A stretch of DNA of 64,000 nt from Clostridia bacterium (GTDB taxonomy: Bacteria; Bacillota; Clostridia; Christensenellales; CAG-314). The stretch is taken from assembly GCA_900769665.1 (NCBI GenBank), contig CAAGHL010000060.1:264-64263 (forward strand), read 5' to 3'. Positions 51,626 through 61,031 of the stretch are shown one piece after another. A model generated the notes under the pieces. That model did not search any database, was not told the DNA's origin, and saw only the letters and a list, made by a program, of their open reading frames with translations. The position numbers were made by a program, and so were the translations under genes. Each line of letters begins with the position of its first letter. Position 1 is the first letter of the stretch.

Positions 51626-54600
51626 ATGATGAAAAAATACCTAAGTTGCTTGTTGGCAATCGTATTTGCGCTAAGCACATTGTCGAGCGCATTGTTTGCC
51701 CTTGCGGACACTGGCGAAAGCGGACTTGTTGCCAAGTTCGACTTCGACAGCGGACTTTCCGCAAACGGCTACACGGCAACGCTCGGCGGCGGTGCAACGG
51801 TAAAGGACGGCGGACGTAGCGGCAAATACGTTAGCTTGGACGGCGGTTCGTCCTACCTGTCGTTGTCGTCAACATTGCTCGACCAAGGCGACGGCTACTC
51901 GATAAGCTTGTGGTTGCACTTGCCTGTGGCGTCATCTCCGTGGTCGCGCATATTGGAAATCGGCGCATATAACACGGCAAACGTCCCCTATAAGTACACG
52001 TCGCTCGGTTTCGACGGCGAAAGCAAAATGCGCGTGGCAACGTCGGCAAACATCGTTTCTTCGCAAAACGTGGCGTATGCCGATGCGCAACCCGATGTCG
52101 GCGGCTGGTCGCACCTAGTGTTTGCCGTCGGGGCGGACGGTACGCACACGGTGTATCTCAACGGACAACGAGTATTGTCGGCAAAGTTTGCCACAAACCC
52201 TGCCAACACCAAACACGACCTTATTTATATAGGCAAGTCGTTGTTTGAAAGCGACCCCTACGCAACGATGGACTTTGATGACGTCAAGGTGTACAGCCGT
52301 GCGCTTACCGCGGACGAAGTGGCAACGACGGCGGAAATCACCGACCGACAAGCCGTCGACGCCGACGTAGCCTCAGTCAACATCGCCAAGGTGACAACCT
52401 CCACCAAACTAAACTTGTTCAAACGCGGCAACAACGGTTCGGCGGTCACTTGGACGTCGAGCAACCCCTCGGTAATCGACGGCAACGGCTACGTGTTTAG
52501 CTCCGACCAAGACAAAACGGTCAAACTTACCGCAGTATTCAGCAGAGGAAATGTCACCGTGCAAAAGGAATTTGAAACATTGGTAAAGGCGCAAAGCAGC
52601 AACGTGTATGCCGACAACACCGACCCGTCGGACGTTACGTTGCTCGGCGACAACTACTTCACCCAAACAAGACAACTAAACAAGGACTACATGATGAGTT
52701 TCGACGCCGAGCGTTTGCTTGTCAACTACAAAAAGACAAGCGGACTGCCAACCGGTGCAACGCAGTACGAAGGTTGGATAACGGCGGAAAACGGCGGCTC
52801 GGGCAACACGATGGGGCACTATCTGTCCGCGCTTACCTACCTGTACGCCGAAGAGGGCGATACGGAAGTGGGCGAAAGGCTGGACTACATGCTCGCCGAG
52901 CTTGTCCTTTGCATGGACAACTACGGCAAACTTCATCCGAGCGAAAAGGGTTACTGGGGCGGCGTGAGTAGTAGCGTACTGACCGACCTCGAAAACGGCG
53001 GCAACCCCTTTGTGCCGTACTACGTAATAGAAAAGAATATTTGGGGTGCATACAACGCCTACACGATACTAGGCAACCAAGACGCAAAAGCGTTGATGTA
53101 CGGCTTGGGCGAATACACGGCAAACCGAATCAACTCCTACAGCGACGAAATGCTTACCCGCGTGCTAAAAAGAGAGTACGGCGGCATAGGCACGATGATG
53201 TTTATGCTGTACGGACTGAGCGGCAACAAAGCCTACCTCACGGCGGCGCAAAAGTTCCTCGAGCCTGCGGTGTTCGACCTCATCGACCGCGACGAAGACC
53301 CCTTTGCTTGGAAGCACGCCAACACGCAAATACCCAAGATTTACAGTGCGGCGTGGGGTTACTACGTGACGGGCGACCAACATTACTTGGAGCTTGCCAA
53401 GAAAGGCTTTGATTACCTCACCGTCGGGCGCACGTTTGCGACGGGCAACATCAGCGAAACGGAAGACCTGCATCCGCAACACGAAACGGACACGGGCGGC
53501 TTCCAAAGTTGCGAAACTTGCTGTGCGTACAACCTTATGCGCCTGTCCGACATGCTGTACCGCTTGACGGGCGAAAAGTCCTACATGGACTACTACGAAA
53601 AGCTGTTTTACAACTGCATTTTGGCTTCCATCGACCCCGAAACGGGCATGAAAACTTACTACGTATCCATGGACAGCGGCTACTACAAGGTTTACCACAC
53701 GGCGTACACGTCGTTTTGGTGCTGTACGGGTACGGGGTTGGAAAGCTTTGCCAAGATGAACCAAAACATTTACTACCTTACGCCCGACAGTTTGACTGTT
53801 AACCTGTTTGTTCCGTCGTCGTATACCGACAAAACTACGGGTTTAGGCGTAAAAATGCAAACAAATCTTCCCGACGAGGATACGGTAAAAATCACCGTGA
53901 CCAAGGGCGCAAACACGACCTTGCGTATTCGTAACCCCTATTGGAGTAACGGTACCGTATTGACAATCAACGGAAAGAGTGCGGAATTGAATATCGACGG
54001 CAACGGTTACATCAACGTGACGCGCAACTTTGCCGTAGGCGACGTAATCGAAGTGACCTTCCCGATGTCCTTCCGCTTGGACAGGCTGGACAGCACAACC
54101 CAACCGCACAGCGACGCAATCATGTACGGACCGCTTGTAATGAACGGCGTAATCGACAGTATCGGCGACGTAAGCCCCATACAAAACAACGCCAACACAG
54201 GCAAGATGGACGGCGACATAGACGAAAATCTGTTCTACACGGGTAACAGTGTGTTTGACGGACTTACGCAAACCGGCGTGTTGGAGTACGACCTTGCCGT
54301 TGCCAACCAAACGGTACACATCAAGCCGTTTTTCCGTTGCCATAGGGAGCGTTACATCATTTATTGGAATGTATACAAGGTCGGTTCTCCCGAACAAGCG
54401 GCGCACGTGGACAGCCAAAACGCCGACAAAACATACCTTATCGACACGGTGGACTGCGGCAACTGGTTTGAAGAAAGTCCGCACGGTTTGCAGTACGAAG
54501 GCACTTGGATAGGTAATTACAGCACCGAGCATAACCGCGGCTTGGTAAAAGGCGGCTGGTTCAGCTACAACATGCGTGTGGAGCGCGGCGTCGGCAACTA

Positions 54601-55942
54601 CTTGCGCTTTATGCACTTCGGTACGGACAGCGGCTACGGTTACGACGTATATGTCAACGGAACGAAAATTGCAAGTGCGGACATCACCGCCAAGGGCAAA
54701 ATGTTCTACTGGAACACGTACCCAATCCCCGACAAGTATACGGCAAACGCAGACTACATCACGGTAAAGGTGGTGTGCACTTACGGCACTTTGACGACGG
54801 GTATCTATACGGTGGAAACACGTCGCGACGGACTAGCCAAGGCAACGGAGGAAAAGTTGACGATTGCCTCGGGCGACAGCCGCACGATTGCGCTAAACAA
54901 CTTGCTTTGCGACAAGTTTGAAGTAACGGGCGTAGGCAACGTCACGATAGAGGGCGTGCGCGACGGCGTTACGGAACACATCTACACCGGCGGCACGGGC
55001 ATTGCGGAAAAGCTTGCGCAGTACAGCCAAATTACGATACGCGCCAACACCGACTTTGACGGAACGGTAGCGGTGTACGGCGACAAGATACAATCGATAG
55101 ACAAACTTAGCTATACGGCGGCGTCCCCGACGTCACACATCAAGGCTGATATGTACGCAACCGTCAACACGCAAAACTGCGGCACGGTGCGTATGCTAAT
55201 AGACTGGTTTGGCGAAACGCTCGGCGGCAACTCTAGCGGACAAGCCAAGGTGTACGGTTTGTCGGACAAAGTGAGCTACGAGGTTGTTTGCAAAAAGCTC
55301 AACGACGGCTTGATTGCTTACTACGACTTTGAAGAAGTAACTAACGGCGTTGTTGCGGACGAGAGCGGCAACGGCAATGACGGACAAACGAGCGGTCGTG
55401 TACGCGCGGCGCACGGCAAGTACGGCAACGGACTTAACCTAGGCGGTTTGGACGGTTGCGTGCTACTGCCCACGGTGCGGAGCGCAAACGGCATTACCAT
55501 GAGCATGTGGGTGCGCTTCAACTCCGACAAGGACGTGACCTACCAACGCTTGTTTGACCTCGGCAACGATCGTCACAATTATCTCACCTATGCTGCGTGC
55601 GGATACGTAGGCGGCGCAAAGAACGGTACAGTCACTAGCGTTGCGGAAAAGGTGTGGTCGTTCGGTACGGACAAGTGGCATCACTATGTGGTGACCGTCG
55701 GCAACGGTGTGGCAATTGCCTACTTGGACGGTGTGGAATTGGCACGCAACGAAAACTTCACCTTCGACCTAGCCGCCGTAAGTACCTTTACTCGCAACGC
55801 AATCGGACGTGCAAGTATCAACTACTCGCCCTACCTAAACGGCGTTGTGGACGAGTTCCGCATGTACGACTACGCACTGTCGGCAAGCCAAGTTAAGGGA
55901 CTGTTCAACCTTACTGACTTAGCACAGGAATACTTTGAGTAA
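51626..55942 (+). CDS. Secreted GH127/GH146-like (DUF1680, beta-L-arabinofuranosidase family) enzyme flanked by LamG/ConA-like lectin domains
   Basis: Signal peptide present. The N-terminal region (LVAKFDFDSGL...SLWLHL) and C-terminal region (LIAYYDFEE...MSMWVRF) are Laminin_G_3-like. The core has Cys motifs SCETCCAYNLMRL and FWCCTGTGLESF, as in the GH127 Zn/Cys active site. An alternative start lies at 51629. Confidence 0.72.
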   Translation: MMKKYLSCLLAIVFALSTLSSALFALADTGESGLVAKFDFDSGLSANGYTATLGGGATVKDGGRSGKYVSLDGGSSYLSLSSTLLDQGDGYSISLWLHLPVASSPWSRILEIGAYNTANVPYKYTSLGFDGESKMRVATSANIVSSQNVAYADAQPDVGGWSHLVFAVGADGTHTVYLNGQRVLSAKFATNPANTKHDLIYIGKSLFESDPYATMDFDDVKVYSRALTADEVATTAEITDRQAVDADVASVNIAKVTTSTKLNLFKRGNNGSAVTWTSSNPSVIDGNGYVFSSDQDKTVKLTAVFSRGNVTVQKEFETLVKAQSSNVYADNTDPSDVTLLGDNYFTQTRQLNKDYMMSFDAERLLVNYKKTSGLPTGATQYEGWITAENGGSGNTMGHYLSALTYLYAEEGDTEVGERLDYMLAELVLCMDNYGKLHPSEKGYWGGVSSSVLTDLENGGNPFVPYYVIEKNIWGAYNAYTILGNQDAKALMYGLGEYTANRINSYSDEMLTRVLKREYGGIGTMMFMLYGLSGNKAYLTAAQKFLEPAVFDLIDRDEDPFAWKHANTQIPKIYSAAWGYYVTGDQHYLELAKKGFDYLTVGRTFATGNISETEDLHPQHETDTGGFQSCETCCAYNLMRLSDMLYRLTGEKSYMDYYEKLFYNCILASIDPETGMKTYYVSMDSGYYKVYHTAYTSFWCCTGTGLESFAKMNQNIYYLTPDSLTVNLFVPSSYTDKTTGLGVKMQTNLPDEDTVKITVTKGANTTLRIRNPYWSNGTVLTINGKSAELNIDGNGYINVTRNFAVGDVIEVTFPMSFRLDRLDSTTQPHSDAIMYGPLVMNGVIDSIGDVSPIQNNANTGKMDGDIDENLFYTGNSVFDGLTQTGVLEYDLAVANQTVHIKPFFRCHRERYIIYWNVYKVGSPEQAAHVDSQNADKTYLIDTVDCGNWFEESPHGLQYEGTWIGNYSTEHNRGLVKGGWFSYNMRVERGVGNYLRFMHFGTDSGYGYDVYVNGTKIASADITAKGKMFYWNTYPIPDKYTANADYITVKVVCTYGTLTTGIYTVETRRDGLAKATEEKLTIASGDSRTIALNNLLCDKFEVTGVGNVTIEGVRDGVTEHIYTGGTGIAEKLAQYSQITIRANTDFDGTVAVYGDKIQSIDKLSYTAASPTSHIKADMYATVNTQNCGTVRMLIDWFGETLGGNSSGQAKVYGLSDKVSYEVVCKKLNDGLIAYYDFEEVTNGVVADESGNGNDGQTSGRVRAAHGKYGNGLNLGGLDGCVLLPTVRSANGITMSMWVRFNSDKDVTYQRLFDLGNDRHNYLTYAACGYVGGAKNGTVTSVAEKVWSFGTDKWHHYVVTVGNGVAIAYLDGVELARNENFTFDLAAVSTFTRNAIGRASINYSPYLNGVVDEFRMYDYALSASQVKGLFNLTDLAQEYFE

Positions 55943-56066
55943 TGTAACGAAATTTTTAATACGGTGTAAAAAATCGATGACATTTTGCGACATTTTGCAT
56001 GGCTTTTCACACCGATAAACAACAATGAACTTTGCCCTTTGCGGGTAAAAATAATTGGAGGAACAT

Positions 56067-59000
56067 ATGAAAAAACAAACACGTTTTGCTGTTTTGGCGG
56101 CGTTGGCGTTGGTTTGCGTTGCTTCGCTGTGCGCGGTGCTTTTGCCCGTAGGTACGGGCGCGCAAGCCGACGGATTGTACAGCCAAAACTTTGAAAACTA
56201 CGACGGCTCGACGGCAGCCAACAGTTGGGTGTGGAACAACGCCGGGTTGATTAACGACTCGGCATACGGTCCCGAGAAGCTGATAAACGACGCGTACGCA
56301 ATCGACGGTTGGTCGATCAAGGTCGGTAGCACATCGGCAGGCACGCCTTCGATGACTGCGTTGTTGGCGTTTCAAGGCGGACAACTGCCAAATGACGGCG
56401 GCAACTACTGGTTGAAACTCGACGCGCGTTTTGTCGGCGTTTCGCAGTTCGGCTTCAGATTTTTGGAGGCTAACACCGACGCAGTGCTTAGCGTGGCAAG
56501 CATTGACGACATCGGCGCAATAGCCGACAAAGGCGTAAACTACAAGTCGGAAAAGCACGACGACGAACAAGGTGGCTACTACACGATTTGGCTTAGCCTC
56601 AGCGGTACTCCTGCCGACGGACGAGCTACTTGGGGCGGATTTACCGCCACGATGACGGGCGACAACGGCGGCTACGTGGTGATGGACAACATCGAAGTGG
56701 TTGCCAACACCGACAACGACAAGGTGACGGAACGTGACCTAGCCGACTACACGTGGGGCGCAAACTTTGCCAACTATGACGGAACGATGGCTACCAACGC
56801 TTATGTGTGGAATCACGTCGGATTTGCTTGCGATGCCGAAAGTAAAAGCATGATTTATTCCAAAACCGATCCCATGGCTATTGACGGTTGGTCCATCAAA
56901 ATCGGTAAGTCCGCCGAAGGACATGTGGAAAGCAATAACTTCCTTTGCTTCAAAAGTGACGTGTTGCCTACCGACGGAAAGCCCTTCGAGTTGACGTTCG
57001 ACGTTCGTTTCGACAACATCACCAAGTTCGGATTTGTATACTTGTTGGGCGGCGCTGACAGCGTACTAAGTCGTGTTGACATTGACGTTAGCGACGTACA
57101 AAAAGCAACTTACTCCGGTAAGTATTACCAAGCAACGCAAAACGAAAACGGTTACTACTCGATTTCCGTCGATATGATCGGCGACAATGGCGGTAAAAAT
57201 ACGTGGGGTTACTTCTACGCCGATTACGGACAAAACGGCGGAAACGTGGTTTTGGACAACATCGCTTACAAACCCAGCACTCGCGACTACGACAAAACGG
57301 TAACTCTCAACGAAACGTTCGAAGGTTACACAAGCGGTTCCGCGGCGGAATATGTGTGGAACAATTCCCACTTGTACTGCGACGCTCCCGACGCGAAAAT
57401 TGAACAAGCTTTTGACGGCAACGCACTTGTCGTTCGTCAAGCGACGGCGGCTACCATTGCCGACGGAACATTTATCGGTCTGAAAGGTCGTGGCGGCGAC
57501 CCGACCACCGTTGGCAAGTACTACGAAATTGCCTTTGACATGCAAACAACCAACGTCACGACCTTTGGATTGAAGGTAAAAGCCGTTCATCCGGAAAACG
57601 GCGACGTGGATCAAGCAACCATTACGGTAAACCCGACAACGCAAACATACTCTGCCGATTGTTACGCCAAGGTGGAGTTTGTCGGCAACAACGTTATTCA
57701 CGTGGTGATTCAGTTTGTCGCTGTCGGTACGGAAATATTCGGCGGCTTCTTTGCGACGACGGACAACAATGCCGTACTTGCGCTGGACAACTACACTATT
57801 ACTTCGATAAAGTCGACAAATCTGCCTTTTATTGTGACAGAAACAGGCTTTGAAAGTGGTGAACTGTCACCTTTCACGGTGGAAACACGCTTTAATGCCG
57901 ACAATCAATTCTTGGGTATGCTTACCGTCGACCCCGACAAAGTTATCAACGGCGCGCTGAGCGTGTATGCAGGTTTCGACGCAACCAACCTTACCGACAA
58001 GTGGGGCAAGTTGCTCGGACTTGACTTCGATTTCGAGGCAGGCGCATATGCGATACAGTTCCGCTACAAGGTGCATGCGGCAAGCGAAAACTATTTCTAC
58101 TTGGAAGTGGGCGGTTCGTCCGGTAAGTATGTCAGATTTAACGGAAACGAAGTTGTGGAAGCAAGCCAAGGCGTAAACGCAAGCGTAGACGCCGAAGCCG
58201 ACAACGTAAAAGTGTTGAAGGCGGTCGTGACGTTGGACGAAGCCAAGAGCGGATTGCTTATCGGCAGTTTCGGTGGCGGTTTTATTTCCATCGACGATAT
58301 GTCCGTGGGCAAAGGCTCGACTTTTGCTGAGTTGCCCGTTGTAGAACGCAAGACTTTGACGGTAGGCACAAAACTGTTTGAAGAAAACTTCGAGAACCAA
58401 AACGTCGGCGACAACTTGGAAGTATTCAAGTTTACAAGCGGCGTGGACGCATTCGGCTACGAGTACGCATACAGCGCAATCGACGGCAAAATTTCGTTGG
58501 TTATGTACAACGGCGGCGATTGGAGCGAAGTAGTAAAGACCAAGGTGGGACTTATGCAAAACGGCAAGGTGTACACCCTTGTGTTCCGCTACAAAAAGCT
58601 TGTCGACGACGTCGCCGACGAGGTAAGCAACGTAAACGTGATGATCAACAACGGTCAAACCAACGCCAAGTATATTGCGTTTAGCACCGACGGCAAAGTG
58701 CGTGCCTTTACGACTGCGGGCGGCGGATTTTGGAAGGACATCAGCCTTGCTTCCGTCAAACAAGGCAACGGCTGCTTCGAGGCGAGCGTGACCTTTGTCG
58801 CAACGGAAAACGCGCGCATAGTGCTAGGTCAATACGGCTCGGCAAAGATTGCGCTGGACAACATTGCATTGTTTGAGGGCTTTGTCGGCGAGTTTGCTTC
58901 CGCCGCAACGACGGTGGACGCACCCGACAAAAACGCATTGCTTAAAACATTGGAAAACGCCAAGTCGTTGGACGGCACGGTGTACACTGCGGAAAGCTTT

Positions 59001-59441
59001 GCAACCTTGACAGAAAAAATCGCCGCCGCCGAGAGCGTGTACGACAATTTGGACGCTACGGCGCAACAAGTGGAAACGGCGCTTACCGAGTTGGAACAAG
59101 CAATCGACGGACTTGTGGAAAAGGAAACCGCGGCACGCAACGCATTTGCCCAAGCCGTGGCTGAGATAGCAAACGCCAAGACGAAGGCGGAAATGTTTGA
59201 CAAGATCAACGCCGCGATCACGGCATACAAGCAAGTGACCGACAAAGCGGCGGTGGCGGATGACTACGCCAAGTTGCAAGCGGCAGTCGGTGCGTACAAC
59301 GAGTATGTAACAACCGCAAACGACGAAGTGACTACGGCAAACGACGTGGCAACAAAAGTATTTGTAACGGCAGGCGGCGTGACGGCTGTGGTGGCTTGTG
59401 TGTACGTAGCAATCAAAAAACTGTTGGGAGGTGCGCTGTAA
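56067..59441 (+). CDS. Giant surface protein with repeated CBM-like modules, FIVAR-like helical repeats and a C-terminal TM anchor
   Basis: Signal peptide present. Three or more homologous modules begin NFENYDGS..., NFANYDGT... and ETFEGYTSGS.... The helical region runs DKNALLKTLENAKSLDGTVYTAESFATL.... The terminal helix is GVTAVVACVYVAIKKLL. Confidence 0.8.
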   Translation: MKKQTRFAVLAALALVCVASLCAVLLPVGTGAQADGLYSQNFENYDGSTAANSWVWNNAGLINDSAYGPEKLINDAYAIDGWSIKVGSTSAGTPSMTALLAFQGGQLPNDGGNYWLKLDARFVGVSQFGFRFLEANTDAVLSVASIDDIGAIADKGVNYKSEKHDDEQGGYYTIWLSLSGTPADGRATWGGFTATMTGDNGGYVVMDNIEVVANTDNDKVTERDLADYTWGANFANYDGTMATNAYVWNHVGFACDAESKSMIYSKTDPMAIDGWSIKIGKSAEGHVESNNFLCFKSDVLPTDGKPFELTFDVRFDNITKFGFVYLLGGADSVLSRVDIDVSDVQKATYSGKYYQATQNENGYYSISVDMIGDNGGKNTWGYFYADYGQNGGNVVLDNIAYKPSTRDYDKTVTLNETFEGYTSGSAAEYVWNNSHLYCDAPDAKIEQAFDGNALVVRQATAATIADGTFIGLKGRGGDPTTVGKYYEIAFDMQTTNVTTFGLKVKAVHPENGDVDQATITVNPTTQTYSADCYAKVEFVGNNVIHVVIQFVAVGTEIFGGFFATTDNNAVLALDNYTITSIKSTNLPFIVTETGFESGELSPFTVETRFNADNQFLGMLTVDPDKVINGALSVYAGFDATNLTDKWGKLLGLDFDFEAGAYAIQFRYKVHAASENYFYLEVGGSSGKYVRFNGNEVVEASQGVNASVDAEADNVKVLKAVVTLDEAKSGLLIGSFGGGFISIDDMSVGKGSTFAELPVVERKTLTVGTKLFEENFENQNVGDNLEVFKFTSGVDAFGYEYAYSAIDGKISLVMYNGGDWSEVVKTKVGLMQNGKVYTLVFRYKKLVDDVADEVSNVNVMINNGQTNAKYIAFSTDGKVRAFTTAGGGFWKDISLASVKQGNGCFEASVTFVATENARIVLGQYGSAKIALDNIALFEGFVGEFASAATTVDAPDKNALLKTLENAKSLDGTVYTAESFATLTEKIAAAESVYDNLDATAQQVETALTELEQAIDGLVEKETAARNAFAQAVAEIANAKTKAEMFDKINAAITAYKQVTDKAAVADDYAKLQAAVGAYNEYVTTANDEVTTANDVATKVFVTAGGVTAVVACVYVAIKKLLGGAL

Positions 59442-60073
59442 TGAACAAAAGACTATTTGCGGCACTGCTGTGCGTGGTGCTTGCGTTGAGCGTGTTTATG
59501 CTTGTCGCATGTGTAAACGAACCGAACAATCCCCCTAAACCGGACGACAATCCGCCAGAGCCGCAAAAGACGGTGTACGAAACTCTTAACGAGCTTGCGA
59601 CAAAACCGCATGACAACGGCAAACTGACGGTTATTACAACGGTTGGCGAAGACGTACTTACAAGTACTTACACGTTGACGACCAACGCCGACGGAGTCAA
59701 GGTGGAGTATGCAATACAAACTCTTGCTACTTTGTCCCTTGAAGAAACCACAACGGAACGCATAGTTACTACAAGCGGAAGTTACGTGGTAAAGGACGGC
59801 AAAGTCGTTCAACAAAACGGTCAAAACTGCGACATAGCATTGGAAAATGTAACTGCCGAGGGCATAAAGTTTGACAAAACTTACTTTGCCGAAGCCAAGG
59901 AAACCGACGGCAAGTTTGTAGCTAACGTAACAAACGTAAAGGGCTTCATCGGTGACGTTGCCGCAACGGACATGGCGATAGAAGTGACCTACACCGCACA
60001 AGCAATAACTAATCTTGTAATAAACTACAAGACGACAAACTCAACGGTAACGATGACTTACTCCTTTGCGTAA
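59441..60073 (+). CDS. Lipoprotein (210 aa), function unknown
   Basis: The ATG overlaps the upstream TAA (TAATG). Lipobox MLVAC. GGGAGGTG RBS. Confidence 0.75.
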   Translation: MNKRLFAALLCVVLALSVFMLVACVNEPNNPPKPDDNPPEPQKTVYETLNELATKPHDNGKLTVITTVGEDVLTSTYTLTTNADGVKVEYAIQTLATLSLEETTTERIVTTSGSYVVKDGKVVQQNGQNCDIALENVTAEGIKFDKTYFAEAKETDGKFVANVTNVKGFIGDVAATDMAIEVTYTAQAITNLVINYKTTNSTVTMTYSFA

Positions 60074-60215
60074 AACGCAGTTGTCGTAATTGTCTACAAG
60101 GCCGCGAGCCGAGATTGTTACGACGAAAAAATTTACCATCTACGGTATAGCGGACAACAATCCGCCATGCCGTAGACCATAATCTTCCCCTCGGATCGAG
60201 TATCCTCTCGGTCCA

Positions 60216-60261
60216 CCAAACGCCGCGCCGAGGCAATTCCCTCGGTGCGGCGTTTGGTTTT
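60216..60261 (+). terminator. Strong intrinsic terminator
   Basis: CCAAACGCCGCGCCGAGG / CCTCGGTGCGGCGTTTGG form an ~18-bp stem followed by TTTT. Confidence 0.85.
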
Positions 60262-60689
60262 CCCGTTAAAGCGCACGCAAAGCGACGAAATTCGTTTTGC
60301 GTGTTTTTTATGGTTTGTGTCATTGTAGGAATAAAAAAAAGTAATTTTGCGTCAAAAGTCGTAGCGCAAAAATTTTCACTTGGTAAATTGTTTCCATGTT
60401 TGTTTTTTTTTGTTTGCCGTTCGAGGGGGCTCGGGCAGTCGATTTTTTTTGTTGGCAAAACAGGGTTATGTTGTAAAAATCATGATACGTATGCAGATTT
60501 TTGCGACATTTTGTCGGTTTTTAGTCGGGGAAACGATATTTTTTACTGCAAGTTTTCGGTAGTATTAAGCCGTCGCGGCAAGGATTGGCGGTCTACAAAA
60601 CGCCGAAAAAACGAACATTTTGCCGACTTATTCAAAAAATGAACAAATCAAAAATTTTTTTTATTTTTGAAAAAAAATGCGTTATTTGC

Positions 60690-60719
60690 TTGTCAAAAAG
60701 CAAGGGGGGGGGGTATGAT
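60690..60719 (+). promoter_or_regulatory. Candidate sigma-A promoter whose spacer contains a G10 homopolymer
   Basis: TTGTCA (60690-60695), an 18-nt spacer AAAAGCAA+G10 (G-tract at 60704-60713), then TATGAT (60714-60719). Confidence 0.45.
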
Positions 60720-61031
60720 ATTTAGTAGTAACTGATGTTATTGTAGGAGATTAACGCAATACAGTAGGTTTTTTATTCAAAATTTTGCTTTTTACTTGCC
60801 GTCCTTTCGGACGGCGGTTGTCGCCTACAAAAATATTAGTGTTTTTCGTTTGCCGCCGTTTCGGACAATTGGCGGTAAGCGTGTTTTCGATGTTTCCATT
60901 TGCAATGTTTGTCCTGCGTGCCTATTTTTTTGTTAAAAAACAGGACATACAAACGGAAATAAAGTCATACACTTTCTCGACAACACACGCGCAAGCGTTG
61001 TTGAATATAAAACATGAAAGGAGAAAAACTA

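Noticed and set aside
60301-60642. 113-aa and 60-aa ORFs in the AT- and homopolymer-rich region, plus 60785..61045 (+)
   Set aside because: They have Phe/Lys/Cys-rich low-complexity translations generated by T/A homopolymers. They lack an RBS and are interrupted by motif copy D and hairpins.
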